Part shown: in pieces, positions 20,215 through 29,014 of the stretch
How positions within the stretch are numbered: position 1 is the stretch's first letter
How the letters are laid out: each line of letters begins with the position of its first letter
DNA from: Pseudomonadota bacterium
GTDB taxonomy: Bacteria > Desulfobacterota > Desulfobacteria > Desulfobacterales > RPRI01
Direction of reading: 5' to 3'
Assembly (NCBI GenBank): GCA_043825875.1
Contig: JBDRRF010000067.1
Location: 42,852 to 106,851 of the forward strand
Length of the DNA stretch: 64,000 bases
Made by a program: the position numbers and the translations under genes
Notes under the pieces: generated by a model
Seen by the model: only the letters and a program-made list of their open reading frames with translations
What the model was told of the DNA's origin: nothing
The model's database searches: none

Positions 20215-21140
20215 ATTTTAGCAATTACAATACTCCAATATCAATTATAGAAAAACCGGGAAATGACGACGAAAGGCTGATAATCAACCGAAACTATCAG
20301 GATGTTTTATCTGATATTGGTTTTACAAGTTTTGATGTAGCCTGGTCTGATATGAACAGTGAATTAATTGAACAAAAAAAAGACAGAAGTATTCTCCGTC
20401 TACAATTTCCTCTTACAAAAGAATATAAAATAAATAACCATAACAATCTGACTAAAAACACTTATTTTTATATAAAAAAATTCCGGCAGAAATTAACTTT
20501 AGGGCAAAGAGTAAAAAGTATATTCATGAAAGCAAATTTTTTGCCTGAAGGATTAATAGAATTTAATAACTACTGTCTTTTTCGTAAAAACGATTTAGCT
20601 ACAGCCTCCCCCATTGCTACCGGCTATAAATTTGACAACTCTTCTTATGTTGATTCTTTTTTTGTTACGCAGGACTTTGCACCATTTATCGAACTTGAAA
20701 ATATTATCCTAAATCAACCAGAAACACTTCATGGTAAAGAAAATCATATCAAAAAAAGAAATATTCTTCGTGAAATAGCCTTATATGCCAAAAGAATGCA
20801 CGATTGCGGTATCAACCATAAAGACTTTAACGCAACACATATTCTTCTTCAAAACCAGGATACACCAAAGCCTTTGATTGCTCTTTTTGATCTGCAAAGA
20901 ATAGATTTAAATCCGCTTAACCGCATGCGCTGGCCGATAAAAGCTTTTGCTGAATTAAACTATACCTTGCCGTCATCTATTTTTACTGAAGAAGACAGGC
21001 TCTTTCTCTACTTAACTTATAAAAACAAAAAACAGCTTTCCACGATCGACAGATTACAATATTTATGTATAAAAAGAAAAACCGAAAAGATTGCAAGGCA
21101 TAGCAAAAAGAAAAACCTTGCGCCTAAGGCAGGTAATTAG
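20211..21140 (+). CDS. LPS kinase (Kdo/WaaP/InaA family)
   Basis: FYIKK, MHDCGINHKDFNATHILL, LFDLQR; follows the WaaG-like gene. Confidence 0.75.
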   Translation: MNFSNYNTPISIIEKPGNDDERLIINRNYQDVLSDIGFTSFDVAWSDMNSELIEQKKDRSILRLQFPLTKEYKINNHNNLTKNTYFYIKKFRQKLTLGQRVKSIFMKANFLPEGLIEFNNYCLFRKNDLATASPIATGYKFDNSSYVDSFFVTQDFAPFIELENIILNQPETLHGKENHIKKRNILREIALYAKRMHDCGINHKDFNATHILLQNQDTPKPLIALFDLQRIDLNPLNRMRWPIKAFAELNYTLPSSIFTEEDRLFLYLTYKNKKQLSTIDRLQYLCIKRKTEKIARHSKKKNLAPKAGN

Positions 21141-21180
21141 GATTTATAGCGTTTGTCAAAATAGTATTCCGAAAAACATA

Positions 21181-21507
21181 TTATCCGTCCAATAATCGTT
21201 GCTGTAAAAGCGACTGCATGTCACGGCGGCCATCTGCAATCATCAGAACGTAGACATTCTTATCAATAATTCGGTATATGATACGGTAAGGTTTGAAAAA
21301 TATTTCCCGATATTCGCGAATCCCCAATGAAAGAAGTTCTTCAGGATAGGTACCCCGTTCCGGTAATTCCGACAATTTGGAAAAGGTCTTCTCGATCTGT
21401 CCTAAAACGTATTCCGCTTTTCGAGGGGTATCGTGTTTAGCAATGAAACCATAAAGTTCATCAAGATCACGCGCTGCATCATAAGTCAACAAAACCGTGT
21501 ATGGCAT
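21181..21507 (-). CDS. Type II TA toxin, RelE/ParE family
   Basis: A.RDL..L, LSELPERG, YRE...KPYRIIY...V....DGRRD. Confidence 0.88.
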   Translation of the reverse strand: MPYTVLLTYDAARDLDELYGFIAKHDTPRKAEYVLGQIEKTFSKLSELPERGTYPEELLSLGIREYREIFFKPYRIIYRIIDKNVYVLMIADGRRDMQSLLQQRLLDG

Positions 21508-21782
21508 TACGGAGCCTTCCGCTTATTGCGGATACGATTAATCACGTTCTCAACGGGTAACACCTTACCTTTCTCAATTTGATGCATACCAAGTGCAAGA
21601 ATTTTAAGAAGAGCCATTGTTTGCTGGGTTTTTTCGTAGCTCTCGATATTTTGTATGACTACCTTGGCTTCGCCATTTTGTGTGATAATCAATGGCTCCT
21701 GCTGCTTTTCAAGATTTCTTACAATTTCTGCTGCATGAGCCTTCAGGTAACTGATAGGTTTAATTTGGTTAGATAGTTTCAT
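21507..21782 (-). CDS. Type II TA antitoxin, Phd/YefM family
   Basis: IKPISYLKAHAAEI...P.IITQNGEAKVV; 1-nt overlap with the toxin gene. Confidence 0.88.
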   Translation of the reverse strand: MKLSNQIKPISYLKAHAAEIVRNLEKQQEPLIITQNGEAKVVIQNIESYEKTQQTMALLKILALGMHQIEKGKVLPVENVINRIRNKRKAP

Positions 21783-21811
21783 GAGTATAATCCCTCCTGC
21801 TTTTCTAATAT

Positions 21812-21846
21812 GACTAAATTTAGTCCATAAACAGGTCGCATGTCAA
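21812..21846 (-). promoter_or_regulatory. TA promoter with autoregulatory operator
   Basis: Minus-strand TTGACA (21846-21841) and TAAATT -10 overlapped by the perfect 14-bp palindrome GACTAAATTTAGTC (21812-21825). Confidence 0.65.
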
Positions 21847-21876
21847 GATTAAATTTGAGTATTACCGATTGAAAGA

Positions 21877-21965
21877 ATGTAATGGCAAGCTAAGCAGGCT
21901 GCGCACTGTGCTTTCTATGAAAAGCCGAAAGTACTTCCCATCTGCTTAAGCGACAGGGGTTATGC
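21877..21965 (-). other. attC-like integron cassette recombination site (degenerate)
   Basis: GCATAAC (R'' box overlapping the antitoxin stop) ... CTTAAGCAG/CTGCTTAG (L boxes with one unpaired base) ... inner stem GTACTTTC/GAAAGCAC ... ATTACAT (R' box; GTT changed to ATT); 89 bp. Confidence 0.55.
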
Positions 21966-22274
21966 CGTTGAAGTATCAACTTTCACTGCTTCTGCATGCA
22001 ATTTTAAGCCAAGTGCACTTATAACCTTAAGGACTGTGTCGAAATTTGGAGTTCGGTCACCAGAAAGTGCTTTGTAAAGGCTTTCCCGGGACAGGCCAGC
22101 ATCACGTGCCACTTGTGACATGCCCTTGGCTCGTGCGATATCGCCAAGAGCTTTTGCGATAAAAGCAGCATCACCATGCGCCTCTTCAAGGCAAGCCTCA
22201 AGATAAGCCGCCATTTCTTCCGGGGTTCGAAGATGTTCAGCGATATCGTATCGTGTAGTGTTGGTTTTTACCAT
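21960..22274 (-). CDS. Addiction-module antidote protein (HigA/HI1420-like HTH)
   Basis: YD.AEHLRTPEEMAAYL...ALGDIARAKGMSQVARDAGLSRESLYKALS. Confidence 0.88.
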   Translation of the reverse strand: MVKTNTTRYDIAEHLRTPEEMAAYLEACLEEAHGDAAFIAKALGDIARAKGMSQVARDAGLSRESLYKALSGDRTPNFDTVLKVISALGLKLHAEAVKVDTSTA

Positions 22275-22283
22275 AATCCACTC

Positions 22284-22459
22284 CTATAAATTTTGTGCAA
22301 GGCGAAGAGCGGTTTTGATATCCTTGGCTTGGGTACGCTTATCAGCACCAGGATTTCCGGTTGCCAATCTTTCTATTCGAACAAGGCTGCGGCCACGTGC
22401 ACGTATATCACGCAACTCATCGATTTGGTAAAATATTCAGGTTTGCGTATTTCGATTAT
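22284..22459 (-). pseudogene. Inactivated addiction-module killer (HigB/RelE, HI1419-like)
   Basis: Reads IEIRKPEYFTK, then after a frameshift DELRDIRARGRSLVRIERLATGNPG joined directly to ADKRTQAKDIKTALRLAQNL*. Start codon appears as ATA and the central core is missing. Palindromic operator-like TGTATCCTATAGGCTATACA at 22468-22487. Confidence 0.8.
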
Positions 22460-22622
22460 ACGCAGAATGTATCCTATAGGCTATACAATATCAATTTATA
22501 TTATGCGGCGTGGGCATGAACGCCCAACATTGACCTGCCTATCTATCCGTATGAGAATATCTATCCCACCTGTAAGAAAATCGGACAGCCGGAAGGAGAA
22601 ACTCACAAGGGCGCATGTAAGT

Positions 22623-22760
22623 TTATAAGTTTACTACGTTATATATTTCCTTCGCGTCCAACCCAACGAAAATAATCTTTGCGTGTTCAGGATCTTGACC
22701 TTGATAACCTTTAAAAAAATGGGGCTAATGTTAAATGCATATCATATGTTACCAAAGTAT
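22623..22760 (-). pseudogene. Short gene relic of unknown family
   Basis: GGAGG RBS-like site followed by a broken frame containing KGYQGQDPEHAKIIFVGLDAK; no intact ORF. Confidence 0.3.
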
Positions 22761-22926
22761 AGCCTCCAAAACATAATATTATTTTTCAGTATTAGGTATT
22801 TGTCATAAATGAGATTTCCAGATGGAAAGAGAGTAACGCAAGTTTTAGTGTGCTTGCCGGTGCGTCGGGTGAATGTCAGGAAAACCATAACGAATTCGAC
22901 AGCTTGTTATATCTTATAATAAGCTT

Positions 22927-23211
22927 TTAAAATCTAGAATCATTTTCACAAGGGATACCATCGTTATCACCATCCATTTTTGTATCAGGACAGTTCCGAA
23001 TAAAGAACTCAGCCTCCGCACGAGACGTCATTTCACTGCAATATTGCCTACCATCACATTTGAACGATTCATTGTGTGAATAGTGTTGATCGCTTTCTAC
23101 TTCAGTGGTTTCATACTCTGCCGCCGTATCGGCATATTTTGGCTCAATATATTTACCATAAATGGACCAGCCTATTGCGAGGGCGATAGCAAGAAATAGT
23201 AGTTTCTTCAT
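22927..23211 (-). CDS. Excalibur calcium-binding domain protein
   Basis: N-terminal TM/signal and CDGRQYCSEMTSRAEA...NCP..KMDGDNDGIPCE. Confidence 0.85.
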   Translation of the reverse strand: MKKLLFLAIALAIGWSIYGKYIEPKYADTAAEYETTEVESDQHYSHNESFKCDGRQYCSEMTSRAEAEFFIRNCPDTKMDGDNDGIPCENDSRF

Positions 23212-23337
23212 AGATAAAAATTCTTCCTATATAAAGCGTTAACAATTAATATAAGGAACATGCTTTTACTTGATACTGGAAAAATATGTATAATAATTCA
23301 TTAAGTTGTAAAGGAATTTGTGGTTATTAAGTTCAAT

Positions 23338-23447
23338 TGAAATAATTTTTGATACCGTCATTTTTCCCAATCTTCAAGCATCTGATCTACATTCATACTT
23401 TTAAAGATACAGAAAATATTACAATTTGGGCATTACTTCTGTTTAAT
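23338..23447. repeat. 110-bp direct repeat, copy A (pseudogenised piece of small ORF)
   Basis: Matches 24242-24351 with 4 mismatches by manual alignment. Confidence 0.9.
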
Positions 23448-23499
23448 TTTATTCCTCTAAAAAAAGTCGCATAGCTCGTTTTAAAGACTTTCCCATAAT

Positions 23500-24177
23500 T
23501 TAAAGACCGATGTTTTTAATTTTTTCATCCTTTATAATTTCGTACATATCTTTACCAATTAGGACTGTTCTTTTTGATATGCAAAAAGAAGATGCGTTCC
23601 AGTATTCGTGAGATTCAAATGTATTGACATAAAAAGTCACTATAAAATAGTTATCTTTTTGATCGCTTTCCGGATTTTTAAGATTATTTACTATTCTTTT
23701 GGATAATTTATTAATTGCTTCTGTGTTTCGATTGTGAACATGTTTTTCATATTCACCATATAAAAGCCCATTTTGTTGAAGTATTTGGTCGTTCCTATTC
23801 ATGCAATAGGTAATTAATGCAGAATACTTTATCGCTTCAGCTTTGGACTTGGGGTATATCTCTAATTTAGTTAAAATATCCAGTATTTCTGAAGTATGGT
23901 ATATGCTGCCGTCAGGCGCGCGAATAAATCGGTTTGGAGCTGGGATTGGGTCTTTTGCAAGGGTATGGTATACGCCGTATAATTTAAAATCGTTTATCCA
24001 GAATAATTTTGGAGGATCCAGAAGGACGATTCGCGGATCCATCTCTTTCTTGTTTTGCAAATTATCCTTAAGGAATTGTTTTTGATCCTTATAAAAATAT
24101 TCACCTGCCCGGCAGTCCAGGATGTTGCTACTAATCGCCATAAGAATTAAAATTGCTGAGTAAATAGTTATTTTCAT
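23500..24177 (-). CDS. Hypothetical exported protein
   Basis: Open frame of ~225 aa with a signal-peptide-like N-terminus MKITIYSAILILMAISS; AGGAG RBS; no family recognised. Confidence 0.6.
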   Translation of the reverse strand: MKITIYSAILILMAISSNILDCRAGEYFYKDQKQFLKDNLQNKKEMDPRIVLLDPPKLFWINDFKLYGVYHTLAKDPIPAPNRFIRAPDGSIYHTSEILDILTKLEIYPKSKAEAIKYSALITYCMNRNDQILQQNGLLYGEYEKHVHNRNTEAINKLSKRIVNNLKNPESDQKDNYFIVTFYVNTFESHEYWNASSFCISKRTVLIGKDMYEIIKDEKIKNIGL

Positions 24178-24207
24178 TATATTCACTCCTAATGCTATTC
24201 ACAGATC

Positions 24208-24387
24208 CTAACCATAACAACGCTTATATTTTTCAATAAACTGAAATAATTTTTGATACCGTCCTTTTGCCCAATCTTCAAGCATCTGATCTACATTCAT
24301 ACTTTTAAAGATACAGAAAATTTTACAATTTGGGCATTGCTTCTGTTTAATCTCATCTAGTATAATTCTTTTTTGTAAATCATCCAC
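24208..24387 (-). CDS. Small hypothetical Cys-motif protein (59 aa)
   Basis: Below the ORF-track cutoff; GTG start, MDDLQKRIILDEIKQKQCPNCKIFCIFKSMNVDQMLEDWAKGRYQKLFQFIEKYKRCYG*. Confidence 0.4.
   Translation of the reverse strand: MDDLQKRIILDEIKQKQCPNCKIFCIFKSMNVDQMLEDWAKGRYQKLFQFIEKYKRCYG
24242..24351. repeat. 110-bp direct repeat, copy B
   Basis: Matches 23338-23447; the two copies flank the 23500-24177 gene. Confidence 0.9.
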
Positions 24388-24781
24388 AATAAATTCTTTG
24401 CACCCCCTAATTAATTTTTAAAACAGTGCTTTCTTTTCTGATTAGATTCTATAATTATCATGATTTTCGATAGAATTCTATAAGTATTATGATAATGTTC
24501 GATTAATTGGTTTTAGCAAGATAAAGATTGAGAAGATATATCTTCCGGCAGCTTTTAATCCTTGAAGAATTGCCATATGATCTCTTTGGTATTAAGATTT
24601 GCTGCTGTTTTCACGTATATTTTTTCCGGAAAAAAGCTTAAGCCTTCCCGGCCTGGTATGGCCACCTCCTTCAATTCTATTAAAAATACTTTTACTTCTT
24701 TGCTGCATTTTCAATAGATATAGCCATTTATTAAATGACGGCCTGTAGTTTCTTCCGGGTATTTGAGAATTTAACATTAAA

Positions 24782-24887
24782 TAACATAATTGTAATTATA
24801 TATGGTTTATATTACATAATTGTTTTTATAATAAAGCGGTTTTGTGTGTTTTGTGATAATTTATTAAGTTATTATATCAATATGTTA
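24782..24887 (+). promoter_or_regulatory. Putative upstream activator sites and IHF site for the glnK promoter
   Basis: TAACATAATTGTAA (24782-24795) and TTACATAATTGTTT (24812-24825), 30 bp apart; TATCAATATGTTA (24875-24887) fits the IHF consensus WATCAA-N4-TTR. Confidence 0.5.
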
Positions 24888-24905
24888 TCAATATTAATTT
24901 AAGTA

Positions 24906-24921
24906 TGGCACAGTGATTGCT
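24906..24921 (+). promoter_or_regulatory. sigma54 (-24/-12) promoter of glnK-amtB
   Basis: TGGCACAGTGATTGCT = TGGCAC-N5-TTGC consensus. Confidence 0.85.
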
Positions 24922-24983
24922 CAGATATTAAGGCAATTGGTGCTATTGCCAAGTTCGCAATAAATGACGGGAGGGATATTTAA

Positions 24984-25322
<339 letters not shown>

Positions 25323-25377
25323 TTTATTTAAATATAACCATAAATATTAACAAAATAATTTTAAACCTGGGGAGACA

Positions 25378-26697
25378 ATGAAAATGAAAAAGATGTTATT
25401 AATACTAATTTTTATAGCGTGCATTTCAACAGCTTTTGCAGCCGATCCTGAACCTACGGCTGTTAGCAATAAAGAAGCAATTGAACTGGTGCAGACACAT
25501 GCTAATTATTTATGGACACTTGTTGCGGCTGCGCTTGTTTTTTTTATGCAGGCTGGATTTGCAATGGTTGAGGCCGGATTTACCCGCGCAAAAAATGCAA
25601 TTAATATAATGATGAAAAATCTTATGGATTTTTCTTTAGGTTCTTTAGCATATTGGGCTGTTGGGTTTGGCTTGATGTTCGGGGTTACAAATACAGGCTG
25701 GTTTGGAACCTCCGGGTTTTTCTTAAGCGATTTTACACCGGGCGGAGACCCATGGGTTCTGGCCTTCTGGATGTTCCAGGTTGTGTTTGCGGCAACAGCA
25801 GCCACTATTGTGTCAGGCGCTATGGCCGAGCGTACCAAATTTTCGGGGTATCTTATATACAGCGTTATTATTAGTGCTCTTGTTTATCCGATATTCGGCA
25901 GCTGGGCTTGGGGAAGTCTTTTTAATGGCAAAGGCTGGCTGGAGGGTTTAGGCTTTATAGATTTTGCAGGTTCAACTGTAGTACACTCAGTAGGTGGATG
26001 GTCAGCTCTTGCCGGTGCTATAGTATTGGGGCCACGCATCGGAAAATACGGGAAAGACGGGAAAATTAAACCAATTCTGGGACATAATATTACACTTGCT
26101 GCTCTTGGAGTCTTTATTCTCTGGCTGGGATGGTTCGGTTTTAACCCTGGCTCAACTACTACAGCAGATAAAAGCATTGCAATGATTTTTGTTAATACAA
26201 ACCTTGCGGCTGCTGCCGGATGTGCTGTTGCCATGTTTGTTTCATGGTTAAAGTTCGGAAAACCGGAAGTCGGTATGAGTTTAAACGGCGCTTTAGCGGG
26301 ACTGGTTGCAATAACTGCAGGTTGCGCAAATGTAACTCCAACCAGCTCCATTATTATCGGTGCTATAGCAGGGGTACTTGTTGTGTTTTCTGTTCTGTTT
26401 TTCGATAAGATAAAGATAGACGACCCTGTAGGAGCCATCTCCGTTCATGGCGTATGCGGTGCATGGGGAACTCTTGCTGCCGGAATATTTAATATGGAAG
26501 GAGCAACACTTGCAATCGTTGGAGTGCAGGCTTTAGGTATTGTATCCTGTTTTCTCTGGACATTTCCAACAACATTTTTACTGTTCAAACTTATCTCTAA
26601 AACTATTGGCTTAAGAGTTTCACCTGAAGAAGAACTTGAAGGACTAGATCACGCAGAACATGGTGGTATGGCATATCCTGATTTCGTACAGCAGTAA
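25378..26697 (+). CDS. amtB: Ammonium transporter
   Basis: FMQAGF, SGAMAER, DFAGSTVVH, GWFGFNPGS, IDDPVGAISVHG. Confidence 0.95.
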   Translation: MKMKKMLLILIFIACISTAFAADPEPTAVSNKEAIELVQTHANYLWTLVAAALVFFMQAGFAMVEAGFTRAKNAINIMMKNLMDFSLGSLAYWAVGFGLMFGVTNTGWFGTSGFFLSDFTPGGDPWVLAFWMFQVVFAATAATIVSGAMAERTKFSGYLIYSVIISALVYPIFGSWAWGSLFNGKGWLEGLGFIDFAGSTVVHSVGGWSALAGAIVLGPRIGKYGKDGKIKPILGHNITLAALGVFILWLGWFGFNPGSTTTADKSIAMIFVNTNLAAAAGCAVAMFVSWLKFGKPEVGMSLNGALAGLVAITAGCANVTPTSSIIIGAIAGVLVVFSVLFFDKIKIDDPVGAISVHGVCGAWGTLAAGIFNMEGATLAIVGVQALGIVSCFLWTFPTTFLLFKLISKTIGLRVSPEEELEGLDHAEHGGMAYPDFVQQ

Positions 26698-26734
26698 CAT
26701 ATCATACTTTCCTGACTCCCCCTATACAGGAAAA

Positions 26735-26768
26735 AAAGAGCCAGGTTTGTTAAAGAGCCGGGCTCTTT
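26735..26768. terminator. Bidirectional intrinsic terminator
   Basis: AAAGAGCC-AGGTT...AGCCG-GGCTCTTT stem between convergent genes, with A and T tracts on the two sides. Confidence 0.65.
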
Positions 26769-26775
26769 AATTTTA

Positions 26776-27009
26776 TTAGCGTTTCTGCGGAGTATAATTA
26801 ACAGTATTATACATATTAAGTTCTGCCACGCTTGCTTCTTCTACTTCCGTATAATACAATGCTCCGGCATCAATGCCGCTATTTTCTATAAACTCTGCAA
26901 TAGGTTTTACTGCAGGCAACTTTTCAATATATGGGGCAATAATAAAAATAAAAACCCATATAAGAAAAAAACACGTAAAAAGATACACCCACTTTTTGAG
27001 AAGTGACAT
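26776..27009 (-). CDS. Small membrane protein co-transcribed with the transporter
   Basis: One TM, then IDAGALYYTEVEE; 24 bp downstream of the exporter gene. Confidence 0.65.
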   Translation of the reverse strand: MSLLKKWVYLFTCFFLIWVFIFIIAPYIEKLPAVKPIAEFIENSGIDAGALYYTEVEEASVAELNMYNTVNYTPQKR

Positions 27010-27033
27010 GAGATGTAAAAACCTATATTTTAT

Positions 27034-28776
27034 CTAAATTGCTGCTGTAATTTCAGGAAATACCAAGTAAAACATAATATATGCCATAACAAGAGTTAGG
27101 ATCAGATTAAGGGTTTGACCAAATACGTAAAGTATGAGAGGTTTACCTCCTTTGAAGTGATGAGCTAACTCCTTGAAGTTTGTTGCCAATCCTATACTGG
27201 TAAATGCCAGGCAAAAAAACCATCCTCTTCCGATTTTAGATAAACCTCGAATAGCGCCATGATCTATTAAGGCATAACTGACATCTTTTCCCATATAACT
27301 GTATATAAGAGAAAAGACTATCGAAGCAGCAATAAAGCCTATGACAAACTTGGGAAACCTGTACCAGATTTCCATAGCACTTACCTTCTGTCCGGGAATA
27401 CAATCAACTTTTGCACACCAGTATACGGCAACGCCAAATGCAATTACACCGATCATTACATTTTGGATCATTTTGACCGTGGCTGCCACATAAAGAGCCT
27501 TATCGCTAAGAAAAGCACCCGCTGCGGCAACTGCTCCGGTAGCATCTATTGTTCCACCCATCCATGCGCCTCCGAGAACATGAGGCATTCCGACAGCCTT
27601 AATAAGGGCTGGCATTAATATCATCATAATAGAAGTAAAAACAAGTGAAAGCCCGACTGCTAATGTCAATTCTTCCTTCTTTGCCCTGCACGCTGCGGCA
27701 GTAGCTATTGCAGCAGAAACTCCGCAGACGGACATATCTGCCGATATTGTAATATTCAGTGTTTTAGAAGGCATTTTAATTACTTTTTGTCCGAAAATAT
27801 ATGTGGTAACAAGTACAATAGGTGTTACAACCCAGGCAACAAAAATGCCGGGAATTCCTATTGAAAGTATTTTACCAAACAGTATTTCCGCTCCCAGCAA
27901 TACCAGACCGGTCTTGATATAATATTCAACCTGTACGGCAGGCATAACCCATTTGGGAGTTCCAACAGTATTGCTGATTATCAGTCCGAAGAGAATTGCC
28001 CATGCGGCATATCCTATGCCATAATGTTTCATAGTAGAATTTGATGCGGCAGTATATGAAAGAACAGCTATTATGAACACAAAAACAAATCCCAATAAGA
28101 ACTTTCCCATATCTTTATTCATAACCTGTCTTCCGATACCGAAAAAAAGTGCAATAATAATCATAAGGCCAAAAAGATATGGGATCTGGTTATATGCTTT
28201 TACCTTGGCTTTGGACTTAGCAGAGGATGCGGATAGATGAGCTTTTCGCCATTTGTCAATGGCCTCAACAGCAGCTGCATTAAGAGAAGAATCATTGAAC
28301 TCGGATAATTTGGCGATATTTTCAGCAGTCGTGGCAACTTCAAGCGCTTTTTTTTCTTTTATGAGCGCTTCCTGATATTTTTTTTCAGCTTTTGCTTTTT
28401 TTGCTTCTGCTGCTTTGCTACTCATAAAAAAAGCTTCAAGCGGATTATTGCTCCATTTATGAGGTTTGTTTGTAAAGTTTTTTATTGTTTTTCCGATGTC
28501 TGAATTTGTAGCTTTGAGTTTCTTTTTGGAATCGGTTGCTTTATACCATGCAATAGTTTTAAAAGGGGTGCTATTTGCTTCTTTAGCAAGAGTTGCATTT
28601 GCTTCTTTAATTTTTTCGTGCATATTTTCCGGCCCAAGCGGAAAATAAATAATAATCCCGATAATCAGCAATATAAAACCAAGCCAGATAGACCAGTAAT
28701 CCTCCTTTTTCCATAAATCAGAAAGACTGCCTTTTGCCTGGTCAATGACAATATCGGATGATTGATTTGCCGCCAT
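27034..28776 (-). CDS. Putative sulfate exporter (YeiH/PSE family) transporter
   Basis: KKEDYWSIWLG, EYYIKTGLVLLGAE, SVCGVSAAIA, GGTIDATGAV, VKMIQN, RFPKFVIGF. Confidence 0.85.
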   Translation of the reverse strand: MAANQSSDIVIDQAKGSLSDLWKKEDYWSIWLGFILLIIGIIIYFPLGPENMHEKIKEANATLAKEANSTPFKTIAWYKATDSKKKLKATNSDIGKTIKNFTNKPHKWSNNPLEAFFMSSKAAEAKKAKAEKKYQEALIKEKKALEVATTAENIAKLSEFNDSSLNAAAVEAIDKWRKAHLSASSAKSKAKVKAYNQIPYLFGLMIIIALFFGIGRQVMNKDMGKFLLGFVFVFIIAVLSYTAASNSTMKHYGIGYAAWAILFGLIISNTVGTPKWVMPAVQVEYYIKTGLVLLGAEILFGKILSIGIPGIFVAWVVTPIVLVTTYIFGQKVIKMPSKTLNITISADMSVCGVSAAIATAAACRAKKEELTLAVGLSLVFTSIMMILMPALIKAVGMPHVLGGAWMGGTIDATGAVAAAGAFLSDKALYVAATVKMIQNVMIGVIAFGVAVYWCAKVDCIPGQKVSAMEIWYRFPKFVIGFIAASIVFSLIYSYMGKDVSYALIDHGAIRGLSKIGRGWFFCLAFTSIGLATNFKELAHHFKGGKPLILYVFGQTLNLILTLVMAYIMFYLVFPEITAAI

Positions 28777-29014
28777 AAGCCAACTCCTTTCTTGATATGA
28801 TTTTATAATAAAGATATTAAGGCATTAACTCTATATTACTACTATCACACATTAGATCCGGGAATATTTTTAGCATGTGTAATATACTTGATTGATTTGT
28901 AAAAATCAAATTTATTTGACAGTATTCATACCACGTTGTATTTTAATGAAATAAGTTTGATATTCTGAGCACTTTAAATAACTCACATTTGCTGTGTCAG
29001 AATACGGGGTGCAA

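Noticed and set aside
21140..21185. attC site after the ParE toxin
   Set aside because: GGATAAT...CGCTATAA ends are only about 45 bp apart with no L-box pairing; at most a deleted remnant.
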